Shown piece after piece: positions 1 to 9,577 of a DNA stretch of 64,000 nucleotides. The stretch's first letter is position 1, and each line of letters opens with the position of its first letter. The translations under genes were made by a program, and so were the position numbers. Origin of the DNA: Bdellovibrionales bacterium (lineage in GTDB: Bacteria; Bdellovibrionota; Bdellovibrionia; Bdellovibrionales; UBA1609). Below the pieces are notes generated by a model. That model did not search any database and was not told the origin of the DNA. It worked only from the letters and a program-made list of their open reading frames with translations. Where the stretch lies: contig OZ244719.1 in the NCBI GenBank assembly GCA_965219095.1, forward strand, positions 128,001 through 192,000. Reading direction: 5' to 3'.

Positions 1-728
1 GCCTAGAGTTGTGAGGCAAAGACAATTTTTATCCACTTATATTTTTGGAGCAGTTTGTCCGGATAGAGATAAAGGCTGTGCTTGGATCTTACCGGAATGT
101 AATTCAGGGATGATGCAAATTCACTTAGATGAGATATCTAAAAATATTCAAGAAAACTATCATGGAATTGTTTTAATGGACAGAGCCAGTTGGCATACCA
201 CAGAGACTTTGATAGTTCCTAAGAATTTATCCCTGATGCCTTTACCTCCTTATAGTCCAGAATTAAATCCCATGGAACAAGTCTGGCAACAATTACGAAG
301 GATCAAATTATCGAATGCATGTTTTAAAAACTATGACCATATACTGAATACTTGTTGTGAGGCCTGGAATACTTTTTGCGATCAGGAGGGCAGGATTAAA
401 AAATTATGCACTCGATCTTGGGCAAAACAACAAGATGAATCAAGCTTGTAAATTAATTTGAACCTATAAATTAATTTGAACCTATAAATTAAATTGCGTA
501 ACTGATTTTTTTCATTTTACATCTTAACCTCACTTTTTTACACTTATTTTAACCCATCAATCGATTCACACAACAATAGATATACATAAAATAAACATAT
601 CTTATGAAAACTCAACCTCCCTTCAAAAAAAACTTTTTTAAAGCCTCCTAATTGAAACTTTTCCTTAAGTCAATTTTAAAATTTTAAATTTGAACATAAA
701 AATGTCGAATTAATTTCTGTAATTGGTA
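1..728 (+). mobile_element. IS630-family element, 3' part (transposase C-terminus 11..451), running off the left edge
   Basis: DDE motifs VLMDRASWH and LPPYSPELNPMEQVW. The terminal sequence GTCGAATTAATTTCTGTAATTGGTA(T) recurs at ~36478 and ~45258, and inverted at ~3843. Confidence 0.85.
449..492. repeat. 18-bp tandem repeat (TAAATTAATTTGAACCTA, ~2.4 copies)
   Basis: Read directly at the transposase stop codon. Confidence 0.8.
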
Positions 729-962
729 TTATCTCAGCTGAAAATGTTTTTTCAGCCTTACAAATAGTCAATAAAAAATTACCTAAAATAACGCAGTGCT
801 AAAGAAAAGAACTCCTCTCAAACATTATAAAAAAGGTCACAGTCTATAAAGATAAAATAGCTGTTCAGTACTTTGGATGTACCGAATCTTCCATTAAGTA
901 ATAACGAAAACCAAGCTCATAATGACATGATCATAAGTTCGTATAATGTTCGTATTGGTTGC
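729..962 (+). pseudogene. 3' remnant of a second large serine recombinase; direct repeat of 24379-24611
   Basis: Matches 24379-24611 except for 6 substitutions and a 1-nt insertion. CAA>TAA at 800-802, extra A at ~886, truncated on the left by the IS630 end. Confidence 0.92.
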
Positions 963-1439
963 AAAAGCAAACACTTAAACAAAAATTCTCATTTTATTGA
1001 CTTTATTAGTTTTTTTTCTATACCCTCTAAAATAGATAATGAACTTTTTTGCAGTTTGTACAAAAAGCACCAACTCTCAGCAAGGCAAATAGCAGAGAAA
1101 ATAGGGGTCTGCAAGGCAACTGTTTTAAAGAGATTAAAAGAGAGCAATGTTTCATGTAGAAAAAAAGGGGCATCAAGCAACCTCCAAAATTATCTTTGTT
1201 CTAACCCTCCTTTTGGGTTCAAAGTTGTTGATGGAAGGCTTACTAAAAACCCATTAGAGGTTCGTATTTGTCGAAAAATTGTAGATATGAAAAACAAAGG
1301 ATATTCTTTTATTGCCATAGGTCAAACTCTTGAAAAAGAGGGCTTTAAAAACCGCAGAGGTTCTATTTCTTGGCATAACACTTTTGTTGGAAAAGTTTAC
1401 AATAGATGGTATAAAAAAGTACAACCGAAAGGAGTTTAA
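963..1439 (+). CDS. HTH + recombinase-domain module without a convincing start codon (track ORF 873..1439); in-frame C-terminal extension of the LSR across the att junction
   Basis: HTH-like LSARQIAEKIGVCKATVLKRL. Recombinase-domain-like PPFGFKVVDGRL..NPLE..IVDM..GYSF.AIG..LEKEGFKNRRG..W resembles the ALGYD..LIVNEEE..LNKNGYKT..RW region of the LSR itself. Confidence 0.75.
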   Translation, partial: KSKHLNKNSHFIDFISFFSIPSKIDNELFCSLYKKHQLSARQIAEKIGVCKATVLKRLKESNVSCRKKGASSNLQNYLCSNPPFGFKVVDGRLTKNPLEVRICRKIVDMKNKGYSFIAIGQTLEKEGFKNRRGSISWHNTFVGKVYNRWYKKVQPKGV

Positions 1440-1441
1440 AT

Positions 1442-1648
1442 ATGTTTTCAATTTTCAATATAGCTAAAGCCTTAGTAGCTATTTTGGCAGTTTTCATTAT
1501 AGCAACTAAACCTGAAATTCCTTATAAGTTGATTATAATGTTGCATGCTAAAACTGTAGAGCTTTCAAAGTTTGACTGGGGATGTCCATCTCCATTTAAT
1601 AAAAATGCTTGTAAAGAGTATGATCCTGATTTTTATAAAAGGTACTAA
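1442..1648 (+). CDS. Small hypothetical membrane/secreted protein (68 aa)
   Basis: AAGGAG RBS, hydrophobic N-terminus, two Cys near the C-terminus. Confidence 0.6.
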   Translation: MFSIFNIAKALVAILAVFIIATKPEIPYKLIIMLHAKTVELSKFDWGCPSPFNKNACKEYDPDFYKRY

Positions 1649-1680
1649 AGATATCATCAAAACCTGCAGAGCTTTAAAAT

Positions 1681-2506
1681 ATGGCGAATTTAGATAAATT
1701 AGATAAAAAAGAAGTTATAAAAAAAATTGTTAAAGACTCTGTAGCTTCTTTTGCTTCAAGGTTTCAAGCAAGACATGAAGGGGAGTTTGAAAACCCTAAT
1801 GGCACTATAAATATGAAAATTCATAATGTTTTCATTAGTACTCTTGACCCTAATCTTCAATACTACTCTGCTTTAGTTCGCTCTTTTGATAGTTCAATTG
1901 GTAATATGCTTGAAGATTTAGCAATTAAGATTGCAAAGCTTTCATATACAGTGAAAAGAGAAGTTAAAGGGTCTCTTTCATTAAAGCAAACTTCACAAAT
2001 CGCAGAATTATTAGAAAAGTACAAGAGCCGGGAGATAAGTCCACCAAAGATTTGCCATTACCAATTTTTGCGTACTAAGCAGCCTATGGATAATAACTCA
2101 AGTACTAAACGGCATAAAAGTGATTATTATCTTAATAGATAAAAAAACCGATGATCATTTCTTAATAGAATTAAAAATTGGTGGTGATTTAGACAACAAG
2201 AAATCAAGAGCTGAAAAAGAAGCCGTTTTAGAACAATTTGCTATTCTTTCAAATTCTTTACCAAAAGAAAAGGCCATTAAAATATTTTTTGCAACAGCCT
2301 ATAATAGGTATGGAGAAAATAAAAACTGGACTCAAGAAAGAGTAAGGCAATTCTTCGCAGAAGAAGAATTGCTAATAGGAAAAGAATTTTGGAATTTCAT
2401 ATGCAAATCTGAAGATGGTTATTCTCTTATTTTAGAAACTTATAAAGAAAATGCTAGTCTAATTAAAAGTGCTTTGGAGTCTATTAAAGAAACTTATTTA
2501 GGATAA
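1681..2506 (+). pseudogene. TdeIII-like type II restriction endonuclease, frameshifted near 2133
   Basis: Two ORFs join as KSDYYL/IDKK..FLIELKIGGDLDNKKSRAEKE (PD-(D/E)xK-type). Followed directly by methyltransferase genes. Confidence 0.7.
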
Positions 2507-2508
2507 TT

Positions 2509-3630
2509 ATGCAAACACTTATAAAATGGCCGGGCGGTAAAACAACAGAGTTTTCATATATAAAGGATAAAATACCTCCATTTGAGCGCTATATTGAACC
2601 TTTTTTTGGTGGTGGAGCTGTTTTTTTTAAACTTCAACCAAAAAGAGCTATAGTAAATGATACATGCACAGAATTAACAAGCTTTTACTCTTTATTAAAA
2701 GAAGATAAGCATAGAAGTAAGTTTAAAAAAGAGCTTTACGAATATGTAACGAACTGGAATAAAATTCCTAACTATGTAAAACTTTTTGAAAAAGAAACTG
2801 AAAGGTTATATCAAAAATACAAACATAATAAACTTTCTAACTTAGAACTATCCAAGCAGGTTAATTTAATTTTAGGAAAAGAAGAAGAGCGTTTTAATGG
2901 ACTATTTATTAAGGAGTTTTGCTTAGATGAAAGAAATTTATTCAATCAGGTTTCCTCTAATTTAACCTCAAAAATTATAAGAACAAAAGAAGTAGAAAAA
3001 AAACGAGGTAAACTTCCTGATGGGGATCTTCGTAAAAACATAGAGACTGCCTTTAGAAGTGGTTTTTATATGCATTTTCGCGATATAATGAACTTTTCTG
3101 ACCAGAAATATAAAGTAAATATGTATAAAAAAATTGCTAATTATTACTTTATTAGAGAATTTTGTTATGGTGCCATGTTTAGATTCAATAAAAATGGGCA
3201 TTTTAATATCCCCTATGGAGGAATAGCTTATAACACTAAAGATTTTAGCAACAAAGTAGATTATGTTTTTAGTAAAAGCGTGAAAGAAATCTTTAAAAAT
3301 ACATCTATTAAAAATTATGATTTTGAAAAAATCTTTGATAATTATAAGCTCATAAAAAAAGACTTTATTTTTTTAGATCCTCCTTACGATACAGATTTCA
3401 GTAGTTATGAGAAAAGATCTTTTGATCGTAAGGATCAAGAAAGACTAGCAAAATGTCTTTACACTACAAAAGCTAAATTTCTTCTTATAATCAAAAAAAC
3501 TCCCTTTATTTACAACTTATACAATAAGAAAAGAGGTTTAAAAATAGATAAATTTGACAAAACTTATCTGTATAATGTGAAGGGCAGAAATGATAGAGAT
3601 GTAAAGCATCTAGTTATTTATAATTACTAA
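2509..3630 (+). CDS. Dam/D12-class N6-adenine DNA methyltransferase
   Basis: WPGGK, YIEPFFGGGAVF, FRFNKNGHFNIPYG and FIFLDPPY motifs. Confidence 0.9.
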   Translation: MQTLIKWPGGKTTEFSYIKDKIPPFERYIEPFFGGGAVFFKLQPKRAIVNDTCTELTSFYSLLKEDKHRSKFKKELYEYVTNWNKIPNYVKLFEKETERLYQKYKHNKLSNLELSKQVNLILGKEEERFNGLFIKEFCLDERNLFNQVSSNLTSKIIRTKEVEKKRGKLPDGDLRKNIETAFRSGFYMHFRDIMNFSDQKYKVNMYKKIANYYFIREFCYGAMFRFNKNGHFNIPYGGIAYNTKDFSNKVDYVFSKSVKEIFKNTSIKNYDFEKIFDNYKLIKKDFIFLDPPYDTDFSSYEKRSFDRKDQERLAKCLYTTKAKFLLIIKKTPFIYNLYNKKRGLKIDKFDKTYLYNVKGRNDRDVKHLVIYNY

Positions 3631-3636
3631 AAATTT

Positions 3637-3726
3637 ATGGAAAAATTTATAAATAAAATTTGACATGGTAATTGTATTTTAGAAATGGGTAAAATATCAA
3701 AAGATTCTGTGGATTTAATTTTTGCA
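3637..3726 (+). pseudogene. N-terminal stub of a beta-class N4/N6 DNA methyltransferase
   Basis: Translates MEKFINKI*HGNCILEMGKISKDSVDLIFA and is cut just before the expected DPPY. In-frame TGA at 3661. Confidence 0.7.
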
Positions 3727-4143
3727 CCTAACTTGATACAACGCATGTTATAAAAACTTTTTTTTGAGTTTCATTTAGTCATAGTTTTTATTTGAGGACG
3801 AACAAGGGGGTTTTTGTCGATTTCTGTGACCCCAACCCCTTTATACCAATTCCTATAAATCGACCAAAAGTAATCTGCTAAATTGCTGGAATCAGTAAAA
3901 AATAGATAAATATAAATAACTTATCCATTTCTGAAGCACCTAGATTTTCCTGAAACTTCTCGGTAGTACCCACATTTTAATTATTGATCACCTACAGATC
4001 ACAGATAAAATTAAAAAAATAGTTTTGTGAAATAAGTTCAAAAAAAGGACTGGCTCATCAATAAAAACTCTGTAAAAATCACTTTAAATGTTACAATAAG
4101 TTAGAGGGAGATATCGTATTTTTTCTTCAAACCAGAAAACAAT

Positions 4144-4905
4144 CTATTTTATTTCATAAGGAACTGGATGTGTTGTTTTGCTTTTTTCGAAAGAGAGATA
4201 CTTATTATTTTTTGACTTTCCACTTTTGTTGTCATAGCAATTATCTTGAGTAAGAAATAAAACGACATTAAACTGATCGGTTTTTTTTATTTTGCTACTT
4301 GGATATAGAATCCCTTTAAAACTTTTTGTTTTTATGTATTCAGCTAAAATTTGTGTGGGGACATAGTCAGTATGTTCGCATCCATCTTTTTCTATTGGTT
4401 TAGAAATTGATTCTGATAGCTCTGCAAGAAAAATAAGTTCATTTCTTCTCTCTTTAGTGTTTTTATCAGGATCAAAAAAGCTAGGTAATTCCCTATTTCT
4501 ACACTTTATTAAGTCAATAACCTTTACCCCCTTTATTAATTGAAATTTTCCAACATATGCGATTCCTTCTTTTCCTGTTTGAGAGATTTCAGCTAAGGCT
4601 AATTTCTCATCAGAAGAAGCATAAAAAACAGGATATCCAGGCGGACTCATTCTACTAGATATGTTTTTAATGTCTTGAGGTTTTGGCGGCCCCATTCTCC
4701 TAAGATCATTCAAGATACGATTCCCTTCAGTAAAGGCTCTGGCTCTATAGAAAGTACGGTTATTATCCATAGGACGTTTTAAATTATGACGTTGAATAAT
4801 CTTCATAATATCTTCTAAAACTTTTTTATTTTTTTGTCCGTTAGAAGATATAAATTTCTTTAACCCAGGTTCATGCTCTAGACATTTTTCACATACAATT
4901 TTCAT
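4144..4905 (-). CDS. RES-domain protein (putative NAD+-degrading toxin/defence effector)
   Basis: FYRAR, SRMSPPGYPVFYAS, ALAEI, YVPTQILAEY and GILYPSS motifs. Confidence 0.85.
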   Translation of the reverse strand: MKIVCEKCLEHEPGLKKFISSNGQKNKKVLEDIMKIIQRHNLKRPMDNNRTFYRARAFTEGNRILNDLRRMGPPKPQDIKNISSRMSPPGYPVFYASSDEKLALAEISQTGKEGIAYVGKFQLIKGVKVIDLIKCRNRELPSFFDPDKNTKERRNELIFLAELSESISKPIEKDGCEHTDYVPTQILAEYIKTKSFKGILYPSSKIKKTDQFNVVLFLTQDNCYDNKSGKSKNNKYLSFEKSKTTHPVPYEIK

Positions 4906-4953
4906 TTACTTTGTTTTTTATACTGAGTTTTATTTAACTCTTGTTTATTTAGC

Positions 4954-5184
4954 TTAATTTTCAGTATCATGCGGTGGATTAGGATCGTTCCCATAAGAAT
5001 CTTTTGATCTGATCCTTCCGTCTTTTTCATGTATAACAACTTCTGTTTTACCTCTTTTTGCTCTTACAACGGCACTTTTTGTAGCAGTTTTTTGAGTTTT
5101 GTGTATAGAAAGTACGCTACCTGATTTTTTCACAGACCAACTATTTCCTATTTTTACAACATGATAGCCTTTTTTGCCCACCAT
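4954..5184 (-). CDS. DUF2188-family protein
   Basis: YHVV..WSVKK..HKTQ..EVVIHEKDGRIRSKDSYGNDP pattern; GGAG RBS. Confidence 0.85.
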   Translation of the reverse strand: MVGKKGYHVVKIGNSWSVKKSGSVLSIHKTQKTATKSAVVRAKRGKTEVVIHEKDGRIRSKDSYGNDPNPPHDTEN

Positions 5185-5472
5185 ACTCCTCCTAATAAGT
5201 TGTCACACAAAGCCCCATATTTTGAGAATAAGCCATACTTACCTATTTATCAAGGTATTGCAATAAAATGATTCAAGAAGAAACAGGACTCCTTATACTG
5301 CAAAAATTAATTCGATATTCTATGCTACCGTTTACTACAAAATATAGTTTTTGTTTTTGGCGTGATAGAGCAGTTTAGAGCGGTCTGTCGAGGTCTCATG
5401 CAGTCAGGGTATGTTGTTGCTATTAAATTTTTTACTGATTCCAAAAACTTAGAAAATGGACTCGTCTGCCCC

Positions 5473-5808
5473 TTAACCCCCACCAGCTCCATCTCCACCT
5501 CTCGTAGGAGAATCAAAGCTTAATAAAAAGTCCTCTCTGAGTTTTTCATTTTGTAAATTAAAAATCAAGTTTTCAATGTCTGGGTCAGATACAAAAACAA
5601 AGTCTCCATTAGCTAGTTCTACTTGATAGATGAGGTTTTCTGTAAGCTCAAAAATATCTATAGGTTTTATAGATACTATATTTCTGTAGTCAAAAATATA
5701 GACATCTTCTTTATGAATCTGTTTAGAGTCGTTAATATCGTTTATGAAAGCCTTTGATTCAAAAGAAAAAAAGCTTGCTATTAAGACAAGATAGATTGAT
5801 TTTTTCAT
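5473..5808 (-). CDS. Small secreted protein with Gly-rich C-terminal tail (TRGGDGAGGG)
   Basis: Signal peptide MKKSIYLVLIASFFSFESKA, GGAGG RBS, ATGA overlap with the upstream gene. Confidence 0.75.
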   Translation of the reverse strand: MKKSIYLVLIASFFSFESKAFINDINDSKQIHKEDVYIFDYRNIVSIKPIDIFELTENLIYQVELANGDFVFVSDPDIENLIFNLQNEKLREDFLLSFDSPTRGGDGAGGG

Positions 5809-6593
5809 ACTGTATTTCCTCCTTTTTTAATTGACTGAAAAAGATCACAAAAACTCACTGAAAAAGCATGAAACTTTCCTTGGTAGGAGGGATTGTTCAT
5901 AATACCTTGTATTTTTTGATGAAGCTGTTTATGAGCTTCCTGCAAAGCTTTTACACCTTCCTTATTTAAGCCTTCAGTTAAAGCATGAGCATAGTTTAAG
6001 CCTTCTCCTACATGGGAAGGCTTATAATAGTCAGAGTATGTTTTAAGGTGATATTTTAAGCTATCAAAAGACCTTAAAAGTTTGATTTTTTCTATAGCAT
6101 GATATTCACTGCAAACTTTTTTAATCAAACCTCTTTTCATTAAAATAGAGGCCACTTCTTTTGTTTTTGAACCTAAAATTGATTCAAGTGCTACTTCATC
6201 AATACCATTTTGGCTAAGTGATAAAATATAAGCTACAAAAACATCTCTATCCTCGAGCATGATCTCAAGTTCTCTATTAACAAAACATTTTTCCTTTTCT
6301 TTCAAACTTACTTCCATATAAGGTTTTAAAGCCTCGAAGAAGTCTCTAGATAAAGACGATAAACCTTGCTCTAAAAGATCAGTATTATCTGATGAAGTAA
6401 CAATTTTCGTAAAATTTATAACGTCTGGTTTTTGATGATTAGAGTTGTACATACGGTTAAGGGTTGCTCTTGGAACGTTTGTTTTGGATGCAAGCTGTAC
6501 TTCACTTAAGTTAGGATTTTTTGTTTTTAAATCCTTAAGTGATTTTTGCAAAATACCTTGCCAGTCCATTTTCACACTCGTAGATTTCAACAC
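5805..6593 (-). CDS. HTH transcriptional regulator, TIGR02147/DUF4423-like architecture
   Basis: N-terminal XRE-like HTH (KNPNLSEVQLASKTNVPRATLNRM), a central winged-helix-like segment, and a C-terminal alpha/beta domain ending FSVSFCDLF. Confidence 0.6.
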   Translation of the reverse strand: MLKSTSVKMDWQGILQKSLKDLKTKNPNLSEVQLASKTNVPRATLNRMYNSNHQKPDVINFTKIVTSSDNTDLLEQGLSSLSRDFFEALKPYMEVSLKEKEKCFVNRELEIMLEDRDVFVAYILSLSQNGIDEVALESILGSKTKEVASILMKRGLIKKVCSEYHAIEKIKLLRSFDSLKYHLKTYSDYYKPSHVGEGLNYAHALTEGLNKEGVKALQEAHKQLHQKIQGIMNNPSYQGKFHAFSVSFCDLFQSIKKGGNTV

Positions 6594-6675
6594 AAGATAA
6601 GGTGTATAATATCTATTTATCTTTGTAAACCCCTAAAACCTCATTTTGTAAAATTTTTATACTTTTTCAAGAAAA

Positions 6676-6720
6676 CTACTCACGATGAGCAGTTTTCTAT
6701 GAACTGCTCATTGTGAGTAG
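6676..6720. promoter_or_regulatory. Double palindromic operator-like site between divergent regulators
   Basis: CTACTCACGATGAGCAGTT-N7-AACTGCTCATTGTGAGTAG, an 18/19 inverted repeat. Each arm contains CTCA-N3-TGAG. Confidence 0.6.
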
Positions 6721-6858
6721 CCTACCATAAACAGAATCTATGTCTTTGTTGATTTAAAACGATTTGACTTTTTTCCTGCTTCCCATGGGAAGAAATTTTT
6801 TTCTAGAGTCTTTAAAAGAGAAAATTTTTATGAAAAATACTAACAAAGGAGGTATTAT

Positions 6859-7371
6859 ATGAAAAGCAAAACATCAGAAATCAAAAGAATAAAAAAAGAA
6901 TCCCAAACTTGGACAAAAGAAAAATGGGAAGATTACCTTTCAAGTCTTGAGGTAGAACGCACAGAGAGCCTTATAGACCCTTTCAAGCTTGAAGAGTTTA
7001 AAGAAGAAGACTCTCTTTTTCATTTTGAAAAAGATGAGGGAGACCATCTAGAAGACGTCGTTTCTCTTAAAAGAGCCTTAAAATCTCTTACTTTCAAGCA
7101 AAAGAGTGTGATTCAAATGGTCTTCTATGAAGGCTTGACAGAACGGGAGATTTCTAAAAAATTAAACATTTCCAGTTCTGCAGTGAATAAGAGAAAAAGG
7201 AAAGCAATTCAATCACTTAGAAGGAATTTAACCCCCATGGGGGTTAGCGCCTCCCCTATAGTGAGGGGGAAATTTTCCATGTCCGATCAAGATCAGCTCT
7301 ATTTGTTCGAAGAAATAAGGAAAAAGAACACCCATGCCAAACCCCTTAAAGTTAAAAAAACCGCTTCATAA
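6859..7371 (+). CDS. Sigma-70 region-4 HTH protein (ECF-like activator)
   Basis: LKRALKSLTFKQKSVIQMVFYEGLTEREISKKLNISSSAV..RKRKAIQSLR; AAGGAGG RBS. Confidence 0.85.
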   Translation: MKSKTSEIKRIKKESQTWTKEKWEDYLSSLEVERTESLIDPFKLEEFKEEDSLFHFEKDEGDHLEDVVSLKRALKSLTFKQKSVIQMVFYEGLTEREISKKLNISSSAVNKRKRKAIQSLRRNLTPMGVSASPIVRGKFSMSDQDQLYLFEEIRKKNTHAKPLKVKKTAS

Positions 7372-7387
7372 AAGAAAGGGAGGCTAT

Positions 7388-8959
7388 ATGACAGAAAATG
7401 TTATATCTTTAAAAGATAAAAAAGAGCTTTTACAGGGCTCAAAAACCTTTGAAATTTTCAAAGGTGAAAAAGACGAATACGGAAAGGTAAAGAAGACAAG
7501 GGCTTTAGGTCAAGCTCGTATTTATAAGGGTTCTGATACATACCATGTTTTCATAAAAACCCTACTTAATATAAAATTTTTTCTTTTGCCAGAAAAAAAG
7601 AATCCTCAAAAATATGAGTACGTCATTTTGACAAGAGAAATTTCACATTATTTCGATCGCAAGTATTACTGGAATGTAGTGGGGGAAGGCAGAATCCTTA
7701 TGGGTCAAAATGAAGGTCTTATGGAGTTAAGTTGGTATTTTTTTGGAAATAAGGACGTTTATAGTGCTTCCGCTTAGGTTTTCCGTTTTTTTTTGAGTTG
7801 AGGTCTAGTTTTTATTCTAAGGCCTTGATAAAAAGTCATTTATTTTTAAAAATAGTTTCATATGTCAGGGTTTCTATCAAAAAAAGAGCGAAAAGATTTA
7901 CTCTATGAACTATCTCTAGAGAAAAATCTTAAATACGTAAAAAGGATTATGACAATTCTCCATTTAGATAAAGGTGAGTTGTGTAAAGATATTTCCCGTT
8001 TTCTTTTCATTGATGAGGGCACGATAAGAGCCTGTAGAGATCGTTATAACAAAGGTGGGATAGAGTGCTTAATCAACGACAATTACAACCCTAAAAGGTC
8101 CTTTTTAACTAAGAAAGAGGAGAAAATGCTTTTAAAGGAGTTAGAAAAAAGAATTTTTCCGTCATCACAATCTGTTATCCAGTTCATTGAGGAGAATTTT
8201 GGTGTTACGTACTTTAACAAGTGGTGTAATTGATCTTCTCCATCGCCTTGGTTTTTCTTATAAAAAAGCCACAGCGATACCGGGTAAGGCAAAGAGAGAA
8301 GAGCAGAAAAAGTTTGTGCGTAAATACAAGAGAATTAAGAAGAAAGACGGTCCTGTTTACTTTGCTGATTCCACACATCCTGAGTGGGGCCCTACGATTT
8401 CATATGGTTGGATAAGAGAGGGTAAGAAGTTTGAAGTGAAGACCAATTCAGGCTGGAGAAAAAGAGTGAATGTTTGTGGAGCTATTGAGATCAATAGTTT
8501 GAAGACGGTAGTCAGGAGTTATAAGACAGTTAACCATGTTTCCATATGTGATATGCTCCATCATATTCGCAAGAAGCATCCCGATGAAAAAGAGATTCAT
8601 CTTATCTTAGATGGGGCCGGATACAATAGATCGAAGTCTGTCAAGAAGTTAGCGAAAGAGTTGAATATAGAACTTGTTTATCTTCCTCCGTACTCACCGA
8701 ATTTAAATCCTATAGAAAGGCTTTGGAAGTTTATGAAAAAAGAGGTCACGGCGAATCGATATTATGAAAACTATGACGATTTCAAGGGAAGTTTAAGTCA
8801 ATTTTTTAGAGGAATACGAAAACACAGATCTAAATTAGAAACTTTGATAACTGATAACTTCTCTATCTTAGGAAACTGAAAACCTAAACGGAAGCACTAT
8901 ATATGAGGCTTGATCCCTATCCTTGTGAAGAAATGTCTTTAAAAGCGACTGCAAGTTAG
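7388..8959 (+). pseudogene. Hypothetical gene interrupted near its 3' end by IS630
   Basis: Removing 7762-8901 restores ...GNKDVYMRLDPYPCEEMSLKATAS* in frame. GGGAGG RBS before ATG 7388. Confidence 0.8.
7762..8899 (+). mobile_element. IS630-family element (transposase split 7862..8233 / 8187..8879)
   Basis: 22-bp TIRs TAGTGCTTCCG(C/T)TTAGGTTTTC, TA duplication, ILDGAGYN and LPPYSPNLNPIERLW motifs. Confidence 0.95.
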
Positions 8960-8966
8960 AGGTTTT

Positions 8967-9254
8967 ATGAAAGTCAGAATTTTTCTATCATTTTTTCTTT
9001 TAGCAATCTTTTTTTTAATTTTACAAGAGCAGGTTATTTTTGCAGACTTTGAATCTTCTCTTTTGAACATAAAGTATAAGTTAACAAAAGTTATATTGCC
9101 TTTAATTTCTGTTATTGGATTAATTTTAGCCACATTTAGTTTTATTACAGGAAATCCCAGTGCGAAACAACACATTGTCTATGCGATCGTAGGATCGGCT
9201 ATTGGGTTTGGAGCACAAAGTATAATTGATTTTATAAGTTTCACTGTTTACTAA
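8967..9254 (+). CDS. TrbC/VirB2-like pilin
   Basis: Leader plus two hydrophobic helices; first gene of the T4SS cluster. Confidence 0.7.
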   Translation: MKVRIFLSFFLLAIFFLILQEQVIFADFESSLLNIKYKLTKVILPLISVIGLILATFSFITGNPSAKQHIVYAIVGSAIGFGAQSIIDFISFTVY

Positions 9255-9268
9255 GAAAGGAAAGTATT

Positions 9269-9577
9269 TTGCTTGAATCTAAGATGCCAAGAAATTTAGA
9301 TCATAAAATAAAGCTTTTAGGCTTTGAACTTATGGACTTACTTTTGATCTTTCTTTACTTGTCTATAAGCAATTTGATTTTTGGCCAAACAGCTTTAAAA
9401 TTTCTCTTAGTATGGATAGGTACAATTTTGCTTACTGTAACACTTTATTTTTTTAAAAAAGGGAAGCCAGAAAATTATATTTCTGATTTTTTGTCAAGTT
9501 ATTTAAATTCTAGTGTTTTCTCAGCCAATCTTTCAGATACAAAGCACAAGCCATATTTTAAAGGGAGGGGGAAATGA
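9269..9577 (+). CDS. VirB3-like membrane protein
   Basis: ~100 aa, two TM segments (LLGFELMDLL..), KKGKPENY; lies between the pilin and VirB4. Confidence 0.6.
   Translation: MLESKMPRNLDHKIKLLGFELMDLLLIFLYLSISNLIFGQTALKFLLVWIGTILLTVTLYFFKKGKPENYISDFLSSYLNSSVFSANLSDTKHKPYFKGRGK

Noticed and set aside
873..962. TTG start of the 188-aa track ORF
   Set aside because: Created by the 1-nt insertion in the decayed LSR remnant; no RBS.
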